63,337 nucleotides of DNA, filler included, from Stramenopiles sp. TOSAG23-6 (GCA_900128565.1; 13 parts of 13 records of this genome joined end to end with filler, not necessarily neighbours in it); one strand, 5' to 3'. Counted from the first letter of the whole stretch, positions 34,645 through 47,422 are shown. Notes: generated by a model not told the origin, from the sequence alone. Translations and numbers: made by a program.

Positions 34645-35184
34645 TCAGGATTTCTTTACAACTTTGAAAATTGATGAGACTTTAGGAGTAAGGTATAATA
34701 CAGTTGGCAAACGCAGAATATCTAGAAAGCCGTTAATTTCTACAGCTAAATAGGCGTTAATAACTATCGGGTCAACTTTATGATAGTCAAAAGATTCTGG
34801 TAAGATCGCATCAACCCCGAGAACGTCAAGAAACTTTATCCCATCTACTCCGGTATATTGTAAGCCAGCAAGAATGGGTGCATAACAAAATAGCCACGCA
34901 GTACCATAAAGACTAACGAACGTCACACCATGTTGTTTCCATAAGGTTTTGAGCTTTTGAAATTTACTCATTTTTTTCCCGTCTACATTGGTTATTGTAG
35001 AATCGACCTTTTCAACAACCGGAGGTTCTTTGGACAAACCGTGTTCATCAAGAATGGATTGTGCAGTTATAGGCTTTGCAGTTTTCTTTTTGTTTACTAA
35101 AGATGACCTGCAACGCACGTTACTATATAAATTTCTATATGGCAATAATTGTGGCCTGGGTAATCGAAAAAATGCCCTTAACAT
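34645..35184 (-). CDS. FAM210/DUF1279-like mitochondrial membrane protein
   Basis: Arg-rich presequence; KLKTLWKQHG, GVD, AYLA and LRLPTVLYLTP motifs. Confidence 0.7.
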   Translation of the reverse strand: MLRAFFRLPRPQLLPYRNLYSNVRCRSSLVNKKKTAKPITAQSILDEHGLSKEPPVVEKVDSTITNVDGKKMSKFQKLKTLWKQHGVTFVSLYGTAWLFCYAPILAGLQYTGVDGIKFLDVLGVDAILPESFDYHKVDPIVINAYLAVEINGFLDILRLPTVLYLTPKVSSIFKVVKKS

Positions 35185-35374
35185 TGTTTATTTACTTTTG
35201 CTTTTATTTCAAGAAGTATAGCGGTACCACTAATGGATCTCTCGTAGACGTAGTACGTAACACGAAGACTAGTCCAATCGAAATCTAATCTCAAATGCCA
35301 TATGGCCTGAGCTGACTAGTAGTACTTGACGTTACGGTATCTTTTCTTGAGTCATATCTTCTTGGTAGAGCCAT

Positions 35375-36316
35375 ATGTTACGGAAATGGTTGATGCGACG
35401 GGAAGCTCCTACGAACTTTACACATGTTGCTGTAACGGGTGGGAACCTATTGGCAGCAGTTACATTTGTATTAGGTGGCATAAAATATTTTGCCGCAAAA
35501 GAACATGAAGTGGAAAGAGAAGAAAAGCAAATGGCTCTTCGTGCTTTTGATGAGTGCGTTGCGCTTGCTCGTGACAAAAATCCACGAGTTCTTCTCAGTG
35601 AAATTAAGCGTCAAATGCTATATAACTTTCAAAAGCATGAACAAGAACGAAACAAAACATGGTGGAGACGGGAAGGAACTGATTTAGATGAATTGAGTGA
35701 TCGTTGGCTCCGACAAAGAAATGCGGGAAAAGAATGGGCAGTTCGCATTGATGATAGACGAATATTATTAAAAAATATATGGTATAGCGTGATGTCAGCT
35801 TATCAACGCTACCCCAATAGAGTCGAATCACTTGGAAAAACTCTATATGGAGAATATCCACTCGGCAAAGAGGTTGCAATTAAAAGTCTGCTTCTTTTAG
35901 AACCTCTCGACAAAGCGCAGTGTAGAAGTAGTGTTAGTAAAAGTGGTCCTGGTGAATGTGACTGGGATAAACACTGCCCAGAAATATACACGTTTATCCG
36001 CAGCGTCTATAATCTCCCGTCGTCCTTTCCTGTAGAAGAACCAATTCGCTCGCGCACAGAGTTGGGAAATAGAGACGAAATAGCGACACTTCAAGTTCAA
36101 GGGGAACATATAGAAGAAAGAATTGATGAGCTTAAAAGTATAAATGACGAAATTGCCAAAATTCAACTGGAAGAGGATATTATAGAAAAACAAATTGAGT
36201 TAGATGTTGGGTTAGGAAACACAGACGAAATAGCGACACTTAAAGTTCAAGAGGAACATATAGAAGAAATAATTGAGGAGCTTAACGCTAATAGTGAAAA
36301 GGATTGCAATTTATAA
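35375..36316 (+). CDS. Hypothetical protein with a TM segment and a duplicated C-terminal repeat
   Basis: LGNRDEIATLQVQGEHIEE and LGNTDEIATLKVQEEHIEE repeat. Confidence 0.6.
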   Translation: MLRKWLMRREAPTNFTHVAVTGGNLLAAVTFVLGGIKYFAAKEHEVEREEKQMALRAFDECVALARDKNPRVLLSEIKRQMLYNFQKHEQERNKTWWRREGTDLDELSDRWLRQRNAGKEWAVRIDDRRILLKNIWYSVMSAYQRYPNRVESLGKTLYGEYPLGKEVAIKSLLLLEPLDKAQCRSSVSKSGPGECDWDKHCPEIYTFIRSVYNLPSSFPVEEPIRSRTELGNRDEIATLQVQGEHIEERIDELKSINDEIAKIQLEEDIIEKQIELDVGLGNTDEIATLKVQEEHIEEIIEELNANSEKDCNL

Positions 36317-36427
36317 TATAATGTTATAATCATAATAAAAGATAATTATATGGTATTCATCAATATTGAACAAAGAGATATCTAATACTATAAGACTTGA
36401 AAAAAAGATTAAATATATTTTTTATTT

Positions 36428-38737
36428 TTACTCTGCAGCGTCAAGCATCCGATCAAATAAATCATCAGCCATACTTCGAATTGTTTTATTCCAATGTTTT
36501 TCAGAAGTTCTACATAGCGCTTCTCGGATCCGTATCGCAGCTGGAGGACAAGCAATGACAAATCGTACTAAAATAAACATATTTCCAACCATCCGCACCG
36601 CCTCAGAAGCAACCTGGGCATGTTGAGATTCCACAGCACTTGCAATCAATCTCATTAAATCAGAGTGTACTTTACGAAGTGCTTTTCCAAGACTATCTTG
36701 CTTATGTTGCAAAGCTGCTTGTCTATGACGCTGAAATACACATGACGTCTCACAAGAGGATCTAGAAGATACAGAGGTTTGTAATTCTTGGCAATTTGGT
36801 GAGATTGATATCATAATATCGACATCCTCGGGTGAAATAATAACTAAAATTTTTCCAACCCATCTAATAAAAAGCATTTCTCTGCTGGGATCCAAGCGAG
36901 GCCACATTCGCACAAGCTGACTTAATAATTCAACTGCAAAACCTGCACCTGGTCCACGCCTCTGTCGGAGTAAAACTGTAGCACCTAAAACAATTTCCTC
37001 AAATTTAGCTGCAAATAAAGTCTTTGATTTTGTGATTGATACTAAAACTCGAAGAGCTAATGCCAGAGGATCCGCAAAACCTACTGCAGCAGCTGCAGCA
37101 TCACCACTCGTATGTTGCCCAGATACTTCTTCATCTACAATGAAACGCCAAAGATCAACTAATCTTCGGCTTCGAACGTCGTCCTCAAAATCTTCTCCTT
37201 TTCTTTCAGGAATTCTTTTTCGTGTTGCTATTGGTGTTGTTTCTATTGGCATTACTCGTTGTTCTCTATTCAACTTTTTTTTTTCTGTTCTATTGGCTAT
37301 TTCTAAATTCTGTAAACTTAAACGCAGATCTCCAACTTCTTCTGTTGTATTGAGACATTTCCTCAAAATTTGAGATTTTTTATGCACAGATGTAAGCACT
37401 GGACTACTAATTGGGCTATTATTGGGACTCGGACTTCTACTCCTCCCACGCCGTGTTTGTCGATCATACCTTCTTTCATTTTCTTTTTCAGCATACATAA
37501 ATGTGAAATCACGAAGCGATCGAAATATTTGAAGCCGCATCGCAGGAAGTCTTCTATAAATACCCCGAAGAACAGCTAAACGTCCAGAAGCTTGGAGAGA
37601 ATCTTCATCTAAAAGCATTCCAGCAAAAAGCCGTTCAACAGCACGAACAGTGACAAAGCAATCTGCCATAGATTCAGGTGGTACAAACCAAAATCGCGAA
37701 GCAAATTGTGAATCTGGATTTCCATTATCTATGTGTGTGTGTTTACTATGAGAAGGTCCTTTGGAACATGCACGATCAGCCCACTTGGCACGGAATAGAA
37801 CTGCTGCTAACAACCTTTCTATAGAAATACGGTCAAAATCATCTAGGACACTCTCAAAGTCATTTTTTCTATTATTATTATTATGATTATTATTATTAGT
37901 AGTAGTACAATTTTCATCTTGTTGAGAGAGAGAATTCGTAGCACTATTAACTATCGTATTACCGAAACAATCTATCTCCTCAGCTCCATTGCTGTTTTCA
38001 AAATTTGGAAATAGAGTTTGAAATACAGCTGAGGCTGCAAATGAGCGAAAGCTATGCTCATCCTGCGGTGGAGCGTTTTTTTCTATATTTGGAGAAGTGA
38101 TCCAAGACGGCTCCTCACTATGTGTTATTTCTATCTCATTTTGTAATTCATAGAGTCCACTTACTGAAACAGGAGATTCAACTCCGAATAATTTTTCATC
38201 TTTTAATAACAGATCTCTTTCAAGTTTTTCAGCAACAACAGAACGCCACCCATCAGAATCATCACTATCGTCACAATCACCATTACAATTGTTACTATTT
38301 GCAATGTTGGGCTTGAAAACGGATACATTTTTACTTGAATGTTTTTCTATTTCATGTTTCATTTTGGAACTATTTGGATAAGCATCATCATCTGAGCTCC
38401 TTAGCTTCTCTTCTTTGTGAATATTTGTACTGTGAACACCTTTCCATTTAGTCAAAGATGAAAGGGTATCAAAGCCACGCCCTTTCCAAAAGTACGATGA
38501 GCAACCCTTCGTTTCACGTTTCACTGAATGTTTCCCATTCTTACTTTGTCTATTCCAATCCGATGATGTATCTCTACAACGACTAGCAACTTTTAATAGC
38601 TTGCGCTTGGCGTCTTTTTTCTGCCACTTGAATTTCATCGAACGACGAAGGCCATTCTGCCGTAAATTGGAAACCGCCTCTTCCCAAGGTTGTAAAGATC
38701 CTGCACGAAGACGATTCCGTCGACGTCGGCGTCCCAT
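36428..38737 (-). CDS. Divergent PP2A B56 (B') regulatory subunit-like protein
   Basis: WPRLDPSREMLFI, SQHAQVASEAV and HWNKTIRSM align with B56 WPKT..KEVMFL, SPHFQVAERAL and HWNKTI. Confidence 0.7.
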   Translation of the reverse strand: MGRRRRRNRLRAGSLQPWEEAVSNLRQNGLRRSMKFKWQKKDAKRKLLKVASRCRDTSSDWNRQSKNGKHSVKRETKGCSSYFWKGRGFDTLSSLTKWKGVHSTNIHKEEKLRSSDDDAYPNSSKMKHEIEKHSSKNVSVFKPNIANSNNCNGDCDDSDDSDGWRSVVAEKLERDLLLKDEKLFGVESPVSVSGLYELQNEIEITHSEEPSWITSPNIEKNAPPQDEHSFRSFAASAVFQTLFPNFENSNGAEEIDCFGNTIVNSATNSLSQQDENCTTTNNNNHNNNNRKNDFESVLDDFDRISIERLLAAVLFRAKWADRACSKGPSHSKHTHIDNGNPDSQFASRFWFVPPESMADCFVTVRAVERLFAGMLLDEDSLQASGRLAVLRGIYRRLPAMRLQIFRSLRDFTFMYAEKENERRYDRQTRRGRSRSPSPNNSPISSPVLTSVHKKSQILRKCLNTTEEVGDLRLSLQNLEIANRTEKKKLNREQRVMPIETTPIATRKRIPERKGEDFEDDVRSRRLVDLWRFIVDEEVSGQHTSGDAAAAAVGFADPLALALRVLVSITKSKTLFAAKFEEIVLGATVLLRQRRGPGAGFAVELLSQLVRMWPRLDPSREMLFIRWVGKILVIISPEDVDIMISISPNCQELQTSVSSRSSCETSCVFQRHRQAALQHKQDSLGKALRKVHSDLMRLIASAVESQHAQVASEAVRMVGNMFILVRFVIACPPAAIRIREALCRTSEKHWNKTIRSMADDLFDRMLDAAE

Positions 38738-38867
38738 ACTTTTGCAGCAATGGTAATGTTAACAATGGAAACTAATGTTGTAACTTGAAACTCCACTAAG
38801 GATTCTTATTTATGTAGTTCAGCAAGAGCATGTCACGACAGAAACAATCGCTGACTGCGCTGCAATT

Positions 38868-38881
38868 AAACCCTAACCCTA
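38868..38881. promoter_or_regulatory. Telo-box-like element in a divergent promoter
   Basis: AAACCCTAACCCTA between the B56-like and importin genes. Confidence 0.45.
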
Positions 38882-39048
38882 GCTTAATATATGTCCAGCG
38901 CGTCCATCACCACCATCAACCAGTACTTTATCGTGTATCATACACTACAGCTACCTACTGTATACTAAGTACTACTTGTAGTAGACAATAATATAGTGTT
39001 GACATCAGTATTTTACATACACACTAGGTAGTGGCTTAAGGGGCCACC

Positions 39049-39281
39049 ATGATGGACTTCAGAGAGGCTTTAAAGGTTCTCTTAACATCTCATGATGCAG
39101 AGCACCGGACAGCTGCTTCTAGGTTTCTACAGACTTTTGAAAGATCGAAAGAAGCATGGACAGTTTGTGTCCAAGCTTTGCAGACTACTTCTTCACAGGT
39201 AACACTACAACAACAATTGTTCGCAGCCCAGACACTGCGAAGTAAGTTACATGAAAACCTTGTTGGTGAGAAAGCTGTTGC
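39049..39281 (+). CDS. Importin-beta N-terminal domain protein (transportin-SR/importin-13-like), 3' partial
   Basis: ASRFLQTFERSKEAWTVC...LFAAQTLRSKL. Confidence 0.75.
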
Positions 39282-39435
39282 NNNNNNNNNNNNNNNNNNN
39301 NNNNNNNNNNNNNNNNNNNNNNNNNTTAATTAATTAANNNNNNNNNNNNNNNNNNNNNNNNNNNNNNNNNNNNNNNNNNNNTGTACCTAACAAATTTTAG
39401 TTTTTTTTTTTTTGAAATATTTTTCCAAAATACAT

Positions 39436-39787
39436 TACAACAAACGATTTCATCTCAACAAGATGAAATTGATAAATTGAAAAAGTCTAAAAAAGATTTA
39501 CAAAAAGAAAATAATTCACTACAAAAGCAATTTGATGATGAAAAATTAGAAAAATCGACTGTAAAGGATAGCATTATTTTGCATTGTATTGACAATGTTA
39601 AATTAAAACATAAAAATGGAACTGATCTATTATGTATGTTTTCAAAATTGAATGTAATTTTTTTTTTGTAGTAAATTTTGTACCTAACAAAAAAACTGAT
39701 TGTAAAGTATTTTTTCGCAATACATATACAGCAACTGAATTAAACGCTATGACGATATCTGAATTATTAGAAAAATGTTTACATTGA
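39436..39787 (+). CDS. Coiled-coil protein C-terminal fragment, 2 exons
   Basis: Exons joined in frame by intron 39634-39725. Confidence 0.55.
39634..39725 (+). other. Intron, GT-AT, 92 nt
   Basis: tta t|GTATGTTTTCA...CGCAATACAT|at aca gca in frame. Confidence 0.7.
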
Positions 39788-39894
39788 AAATAAAGAAAAA
39801 CATGTCATTTGAACTCTTTTGTTTATTATTTTCATCATACATTTCATTATTTTTGGTAGTACATTTTTGAAAAATTACATATTTTTTAATCTTT

Positions 39895-41743
39895 CTATTC
39901 TTCTTGATATTCCAATTTTTCTTTTTTGCATTTTTTTTTTAATGTAGTCATCAGTGGGTATACTAAAAGAAATATACATGTATTTTGGAAAAATATTTCA
40001 AAAGAAAAATGTTAGGTACAAAATTTCGTATGAAAAACAAATTCGATTTTTTTTTTTTCGGTAAAAAAAAAAAAATAAAACATACATACGACAAAGAATG
40101 ATCCGAATGTAACAAGAGTTAATTTTTTATAAATTCCTATTGTTGTTTTGTCTTGAAATGGCGATGTCGATGACGTCAGCATAAAAGAAAGAAAAGATTG
40201 AACAATTAATGATAAAATATTCATCATTACAAAAACCGAAGCAAAAATGCGTTTTTTTGAAGTTTTTGCTGCTTCTGTGACATAGATAGCATTACAATAT
40301 TGCCATGCGCAAACCTGTACTGTAGAAAATATTTTTAAAAATTAGTATTTGTTTTCTTTGGTATTTTGTTAGAAACAAAATTTTCTTTGTAAAAAGAAAA
40401 TGAAATTCAAAATGAAAATGAAAATGAAAATCAAAACGTACATAAATTGTAAAACTAAACAAGCTCAATAGGAAATTGGTATTTTTGAAGATTGATTTAT
40501 CATCATTCTCAATATTATGTCCCTCTTCCAGTGCTATGCAGCGTGTAGCAAACATAACTATAGCCAGTAGACTTATTGATACCATGTATTGTGAAAAAAT
40601 ATTTCAAAAAAAATCGTTTTTTGCTTAGGTACAAAATTTCGTACGAAAAAAAATGTAGGTAAAAATTGAAATGGTGAAAACGTATACTATTAATGATAAA
40701 ACTACACTACAATGAATAAAACTAAGTTGCTTTAATATACTATTTCCAGATTCCCCAAATTTTGAATTATTTTGATATTTCTCAATATATCCTGGAACCA
40801 ATGATGCCAAACAACCTAGTAGTAATGGAATTGACAAAAACGTCCCATTAAAATCAGCTGATTTTGTTGAATGAGAAAGTGAACTCGATCTATCAGTTAA
40901 ATCTTTATATAACTGCGGTTCATATCCATTCACTATTTGATACACTGCATTGAAAAGAACCCAGAGAATAGTAAATATCATGAAACGAGGTTGTAATGAG
41001 AGCGAAAACGTAGCTTGCAAGGCCGAATACTTTTTACTAATAGTTGTAAAACAGCTCATAAAAAATGTTTTCTTTCCATCTTCCACAAAATGTTCACACG
41101 GTGCTGTATCGTCCGATATTCCGTCATAGCGTACTTCTATTACTGGAGTAAAATAGCATAGACTAATGATACCTGCAATTGAAACACTTGTAAAAGATAT
41201 CCAAAATAATATGCGAATAGAAGCACCCAAGACGTGCAACGCAAAGTCACTAAATAATCCACTAAGAAAGTGTGCCAACAAATACGATGCTTGAACCCGG
41301 GAAGTAAGCGTTTGATAATCACTTTCATTGCATACACAGTGATAAATATACGCAAAAAATATAACTTCTCCGACAGAACCTACCGCATAAGTTACCTGCA
41401 TGAGTTGCATCTGCCACAGAGTATTCCCAAAGAGAAGAATAATTCGAGTTAGTATTCTCCCTAACACTCCCAAATATATTATAGGGGTATACCTCAAATA
41501 TTCTGACACCCCACCGAATAATAGTAAAGAAACAAAATAAGCATATGTCCAAATAGGGTATACACTATCATTTACTTCTGATTTTGATAAACCAACTTCA
41601 TCTATAAGATATGCACTCAGATGTGGCTCTGATGGTTTGAATGAAAGAAATATTATAAAGGAACATAATTGCAGTGATGACTTGAAAAGCGTACGACTAG
41701 GTTTTACTGTCGATACATCAGGTGCTAGAAGAATCTCGTCCAT
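39895..41743 (-). CDS. Reduced folate / thiamine carrier (SLC19) family transporter, 4 exons
   Basis: FKPSEPHL, VYPIWTYAY, EYLRYTPII and MQLMQVTY motifs; introns 40584-40685, 40315-40441, 39978-40085. Confidence 0.9.
39978..40085 (-). other. Intron, GT-AT, 108 nt
   Basis: gta t|GTATGTTTTA...CCAAAATACAT|gt ata ttt completes the last TM helix. Confidence 0.75.
40315..40441 (-). other. Intron, GT-AG, 127 nt, same family
   Basis: att tat|GTACGTTTTG...TACAGTACAG|gtt tgc; shifting the register by -1 or -2 makes TAG. Confidence 0.8.
40584..40685 (-). other. Intron, AT-AT (or GT-AC if shifted 2 nt), 102 nt
   Basis: ata gt|ATACGTTTTCA...CACAATACAT|g gta tca. Confidence 0.75.
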
Positions 41744-41989
41744 GTTGCAAACTAATGTACTAGAATAAGCATTGAATGAGCAACATAAGGACCTCTTTTA
41801 TTATTCAAGTTAAGGTTCTGTTATTATTATAGAAAGAAATCAATCGATGTCAATCAAATAATATATCAGTCCAGTCAATTTCGAATTCTGAATTTCAGCA
41901 AAATCAAATAAATTTCAGTGACAGCACTTTTCAAACAAGTAGAACTATTGAAGAATACTATATCATAAATCTTTGAATACTCCTAAATA

Positions 41990-43348
41990 ATGACAGATAC
42001 TGCACCTCCTGTACCTCCCTCAACACCAGCAATTGATTGGAGAAAGAAGAGTATTGATGCTTTTGGGTTACAAGAAATACCAAGTAGTTGGTATACTGGA
42101 AACAACGCCCTTGAACAATATTACAAGACTCTCAGCATCGCTGACAACGATACTTGGAAGCGTTATCACGACTTTCGCCAAGCTCATCCAGCGTTTGGAG
42201 GTTGCGACGAAGCGAACGAAGGGGATCCAATGGATGAAGAAGATGTTGAGTTTTATGACGAGGACGATGGAGGACTTGCCCGAAAGGCGAGAATAAAGCT
42301 TCAAAAATTGGCGGCTGATATTGGTAGTGATGGTCATCTATGGCTGGATCACACAAGTGTTTGCACCGGTCGTTGCGTATTTGAAGATATGGACATGCTT
42401 CGAACGAGCAATTATGAGGGGCATGTGTATTCACCCTTTGTTTTACCTCGCTGTCTCGTTCTTAAGCATAATTATCATGAACGATCAAGGTGCTATTCGG
42501 TTGAATATTTTGCATCGTGGGGATTTTGTTGCCAACGTTTTGACGGCGTAACAGGTGGCGACAGAGAGCAACAACGCCTGGCAAAACATTTTCCAAAAGG
42601 TGTTGATGGCCCCAAAGTTATTTTCAGTCATGGTACGGGTGGTAATACTGGACATTTTGGTTTCGAAAGCTTGTGCTCCATTTCTTTGGTGGATCCACCA
42701 AGTGTTAATGATCTTCATGACGAAGTGCAATCAGAACTATGGAGGAGCATATACGAAATCGATGACTCCAACATCAATCCAGTCACGGTACGACGGATAC
42801 GAAACTGGCTATTTGGCTCTGTCAGTGCTCACATGACTCTCTCGGATTGGCAAATGATGCAGCTTGTATTTGCATCTGTTGGTAGTAGCACGAAAGGCAT
42901 AATGATGGGTGACATAGGTTATTCATGGCCCTCTTGGAGAAATCGAAGCGTAGTAAGACCAGAGTTAGTGAAGCAAGGTATAGTTGAAGTTCCCAAAGGC
43001 AAGAAAATTGACGATATCGAAATTCCATCTATCTCATGGCTGGAACACGCTGTTCGTTGTGCGTGTAATAAGCTGCGCCCAATAGATTATTTTTGGCAAC
43101 CGTACGATGTATTAGCAGAGCAGGGAAAGTGGGGATTAGATGTACTCAAGGCGAGGAAAGAGGCTGAAGACGAAAAAGAGGGCGAATCTTATGATGCTGA
43201 AGACGAAAAGGAGGACGCATTTTTGCGGTCAGCTCCATGGGTTGTATGGGAGAGAGCCGAGAAAGAGCAGTATAATCGTGTTGACATGCAAGACATGCAA
43301 ATGGCGCTGATGGCGCAAATGTTTATGAACCAACAACGAAATAGATGA
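41990..43348 (+). CDS. Intronless hypothetical protein, 452 aa
   Basis: Long intact ORF with globular composition; no family recognised. Confidence 0.7.
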   Translation: MTDTAPPVPPSTPAIDWRKKSIDAFGLQEIPSSWYTGNNALEQYYKTLSIADNDTWKRYHDFRQAHPAFGGCDEANEGDPMDEEDVEFYDEDDGGLARKARIKLQKLAADIGSDGHLWLDHTSVCTGRCVFEDMDMLRTSNYEGHVYSPFVLPRCLVLKHNYHERSRCYSVEYFASWGFCCQRFDGVTGGDREQQRLAKHFPKGVDGPKVIFSHGTGGNTGHFGFESLCSISLVDPPSVNDLHDEVQSELWRSIYEIDDSNINPVTVRRIRNWLFGSVSAHMTLSDWQMMQLVFASVGSSTKGIMMGDIGYSWPSWRNRSVVRPELVKQGIVEVPKGKKIDDIEIPSISWLEHAVRCACNKLRPIDYFWQPYDVLAEQGKWGLDVLKARKEAEDEKEGESYDAEDEKEDAFLRSAPWVVWERAEKEQYNRVDMQDMQMALMAQMFMNQQRNR

Positions 43349-43654
43349 TAAACGTGCCATACTGAAACAAGTTAACATTAACATTTAAAACTTAAGAAAA
43401 TATTTCAGTTTTATTTATAGCTAATTAAAAAAATATTCAGCATCTCTGATTGCATTCAAATCTAAATCGCCTAACTTTGGAACTTCTGGGACGTTTTTTG
43501 CTCTTAATACTATATTATCCCGAAGATTTTGCAAAATAGGCTGAGAGTGTAATTCTATAAAAGCTTCGCGTAATTCTGAATTCATAATTTCCACATGTTC
43601 TGTGAAAAAATATTTTTTCTTTTAGGTAAAAAAATCGTTAGGTACAATATTTCG

Positions 43655-45818
43655 TATGCTTATTTTGTTTCTTTACTATTATTCGGTGGGGTGTCAGAAT
43701 ATTTGAGGTATACCCCTATAATATATTTGGGAGTGTTAGGGAGAATACTAACTCGAATTATTCTTCTCTTTGGGAATACTCTGTGGCAGATGCAACTCAT
43801 GCAGGTAACTTATGCGGTAGGTTCTGTCGGAGAAGTTATATTTTTTGCGTATATTTATCACTGTGTATGCAATGAAAGTGATTATCAAACGCTTACTTCC
43901 CGGGTTCAAGCATCGTATTTGTTGGCACACTTTCTTAGTGGATTATTTAGTGACTTTGCGTTGCACGTCTTGGGTGCTTCTATTCGCATATTATTTTGGA
44001 TATCTTTTACAAGTGTTTCAATTGCAGGTATCATTAGTCTATGCTATTTTACTCCAGTAATAGAAGTACGCTATGACGGAATATCGGACGATACAGCACC
44101 GTGTGAACATTTTGTGGAAGATGGAAAGAAAACATTTTTTATGAGCTGTTTTACAACTATTAGTAAAAAGTATTCGGCCTTGCAAGCTACGTTTTCGCTC
44201 TCATTACAACCTCGTTTCATGATATTTACTATTCTCTGGGTTCTTTTCAATGCAGTGTATCAAATAGTGAATGGATATGAACCGCAGTTATATAAAGATT
44301 TAACTGATAGATCGAGTTCACTTTCTCATTCAACAAAATCAGCTGATTTTAATGGGACGTTTTTGTCAATTCCATTACTACTAGGTTGTTTGGCATCATT
44401 GGTTCCAGGATATATTGAGAAATATCAAAATAATTCAAAATTTGGGGAATCTGGAAATAGTATATTAAAGCAACTTAGTTTTATTCATTGTAGTGTAGTT
44501 TTATCATTAATAGTATACGTTTTCACCATTTCAATTTTTACCTACATTTTTTTTCGTACGAAATTTTGTACCTAAGCAAAAAACGATTTTTTTTGAAATA
44601 TTTTTTCACAATACATGGTATCAATAAGTCTACTGGCTATAGTTATGTTTGCTACACGCTGCATAGCACTGGAAGAGGGACATAATATTGAGAATGATGA
44701 TAAATCAATCTTCAAAAATACCAATTTCCTATTGAGCTTGTTTAGTTTTACAATTTATGTACGTTTTGATTTTCATTTTCATTTTCATTTTGAATTTCAT
44801 TTTCTTTTTACAAAGAAAATTTTGTTTCTAACAAAATACCAAAGAAAACAAATACTAATTTTTAAAAATATTTTCTACAGTACAGGTTTGCGCATGGCAA
44901 TATTGTAATGCTATCTATGTCACAGAAGCAGCAAAAACTTCAAAAAAACGCATTTTTGCTTCGGTTTTTGTAATGATGAATATTTTATCATTAATTGTTC
45001 AATCTTTTCTTTCTTTTATGCTGACGTCATCGACATCGCCATTTCAAGACAAAACAACAATAGGAATTTATAAAAAATTAACTCTTGTTACATTCGGATC
45101 ATTCTTTGTCGTATGTATGTTTTATTTTTTTTTTTTTACCGAAAAAAAAAAAATCGAATTTGTTTTTCATACGAAATTTTGTACCTAACATTTTTCTTTT
45201 GAAATATTTTTCCAAAATACATGTATATTTCTTTTAGTATACCCACTGATGACTACATTAAAAAAAAAATGCAAAAAAGAAAAATTGGAATATCAAGAAG
45301 AATAGAAAGATTAAAAAATATGTAATTTTTCAAAAATGTACTACCAAAAATAATGAAATGTATGATGAAAATAATAAACAAAAGAGTTCAAATGACATGT
45401 TTTTCTTTATTTTCAATGTAAACATTTTTCTAATAATTCAGATATCGTCATAGCGTTTAATTCAGTTGCTGTATATGTATTGCGAAAAAATACTTTACAA
45501 TCAGTTTTTTTGTTAGGTACAAAATTTACTACAAAAAAAAAATTACATTCAATTTTGAAAACATACATAATAGATCAGTTCCATTTTTATGTTTTAATTT
45601 AACATTGTCAATACAATGCAAAATAATGCTATCCTTTACAGTCGATTTTTCTAATTTTTCATCATCAAATTGCTTTTGTAGTGAATTATTTTCTTTTTGT
45701 AAATCTTTTTTAGACTTTTTCAATTTATCAATTTCATCTTGTTGAGATGAAATCGTTTGTTGTAATGTATTTTGGAAAAATATTTCAAAAAAAAAAAAAC
45801 TAAAATTTGTTAGGTACA
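43655..45818 (+). repeat. Inverted duplicate of 39382-41545, carrying a 5'-truncated SLC19 copy at 43655-45305
   Basis: Positions map as p to 85200-p; identical ORFs appear on opposite strands. Confidence 0.95.
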
Positions 45819-45918
45819 NNNNNNNNNNNNNNNNNNNNNNNNNNNNNNNNNNNNNNNNNNNNTTAATTAATTAANNNNNNNNNNNNNNNNNNNNNNNNNN
45901 NNNNNNNNNNNNNNNNNN

Positions 45919-47422
45919 TGAATATGTAGCAAATGAAGCTTCGGGAAAACACATTGTACGACGGCTAGAAAAAAATAAGAAGAATACAAATACATTGAAG
46001 AAGAAAGACAACAAGAGTAAGGTTCGGGTAGAGCATAAAAATGGTAATGTGAAAACAAATCTTGATCACAGTTTCATATCTGGAGTTGAGGTTGAACGCA
46101 GTGACATCACTAACTGTATTCAGCATATAAATAGGGCAACTGATGATTGGAAATTTAAAATTGAGCAGATACAAAAGTTGACACATTTTGTGAAGCGAAG
46201 TGAAGAACATCCAGAATTGTGGACAAAAAAAATATTAGTTCGTGTTATCAGTCCTTTACTAATTTCACAAGTACGCGATCTACGTTCAACTGTAGTACGC
46301 GCCACATGTGATTTGATAAATGCAATTATGGAAATTCTAAAGGCAAAAGCACGATTTATACTTCGAGAACTGTTTCCAGTAATATTTGATATTGTAGGGA
46401 GTGGTAACTCTGTAATTGCGGACTATGCGCGAAATTCGTGTGTTTCTGTAGTAAAGCATGTACATGCTACAATAACATTACTCTGCATTTCAAATATGGC
46501 AACATCATCTAAAAATTGTTCAATTCGTCTTCAAGCGATAGAATTATTTCATATTGTAATTAATACATGGGAATATTCAAAGATCAATTCTCAGGCACAA
46601 CTTTTACAAAATACATTACAGGTAGCACTTGATGACGTATCTGGTGAAGTTCGTAAAAAAGCAAGACGATATTTTGTAAAGTACAGCAATCTTTTCCCTC
46701 AAAGAGCTGATAATATATGTACGTTTTATATGAATTTCTAATTTAATTTTTTTTCATACGGAATTTCGTACCTAACGATTTTAATTTTTGAAATATGTTT
46801 TCATAATATATGCCGCATGGTCACAGGTCGCACTGCGAGATTACTAGATAAAATGAGTATAAAATCTTTACAATTAGGCTTAAAAGATGACAAATTTCCT
46901 CCAAACATTCCAAATAATAATTTACTTGAGCCTCCTAAGCGTCTTTTAGCTTCAAAAAATAATGATCTTGAATGTAGTGAGAAGACTTCAAGTAAAGATA
47001 AAAATCTTTCAATAAAAGGTGAAACATTTACTGACAAAAATGGATATAAAAAGAATAATTCAATAAAAGGTGAAACATTTACTGACAAAAATGGATATAA
47101 AAAGAATAGTTCAAGTTCGATTAATTTTATCCGACGACTTGGAAAACAAATACAAATTGCACACAAATTACATATTGAAGATATGATTTGTTCACTAGGT
47201 AAAGAATTGAAACTTATGGAGGATTTTGAGGAAAAAATGAAGATGGAAGGAGAAAATTTCATTGACGGAGAAAAAAAAATACATGGCGATGTTGTTGCAT
47301 ATGCAATTGAAATGACAAAACGCTTAGAAACACGTCAAATGATGAATGAAATTTCCGGCAATGCGTTGAGGAAGCTAGCTTCGGAAACAATACGATTGGG
47401 AACAACTTCATCATCTTTATAA
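45919..47422 (+). CDS. CLASP N-terminal / TOG domain protein, 5' partial, 2 exons
   Basis: DDWKFKIEQI, VRDLRSTVVRATC and ALDDVSGEVRKKAR motifs. Confidence 0.8.
46719..46811 (+). other. Intron, GT-AT, 93 nt
   Basis: ata t|GTACGTTTTA...CATAATATAT|gc cgc atg joins two ORFs in frame. Confidence 0.8.

Noticed and set aside
40315-40441. Reading the family as U12-type AT-AC introns by shifting the register 2 nt (ATGTACGT...AATAC)
   Set aside because: The shift creates TAG stops at 40315-40441 and 59695-59860, removes a conserved Gly at 11904, and gives less consistent termini overall. There is no RTATCCTT donor and the branch distance is too long for U12. Where AT is repeated the two registers give the same mRNA, so only lariat data can exclude this fully.
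39382-45818. Large element with 2.2-kb terminal inverted repeats around ORF 41990-43348
   Set aside because: The arms are ordinary genes, and one copy is truncated at a junction inside an intron motif. This pattern is typical of whole-genome-amplification or assembly inversion chimeras, and the central ORF shows no transposase motif.
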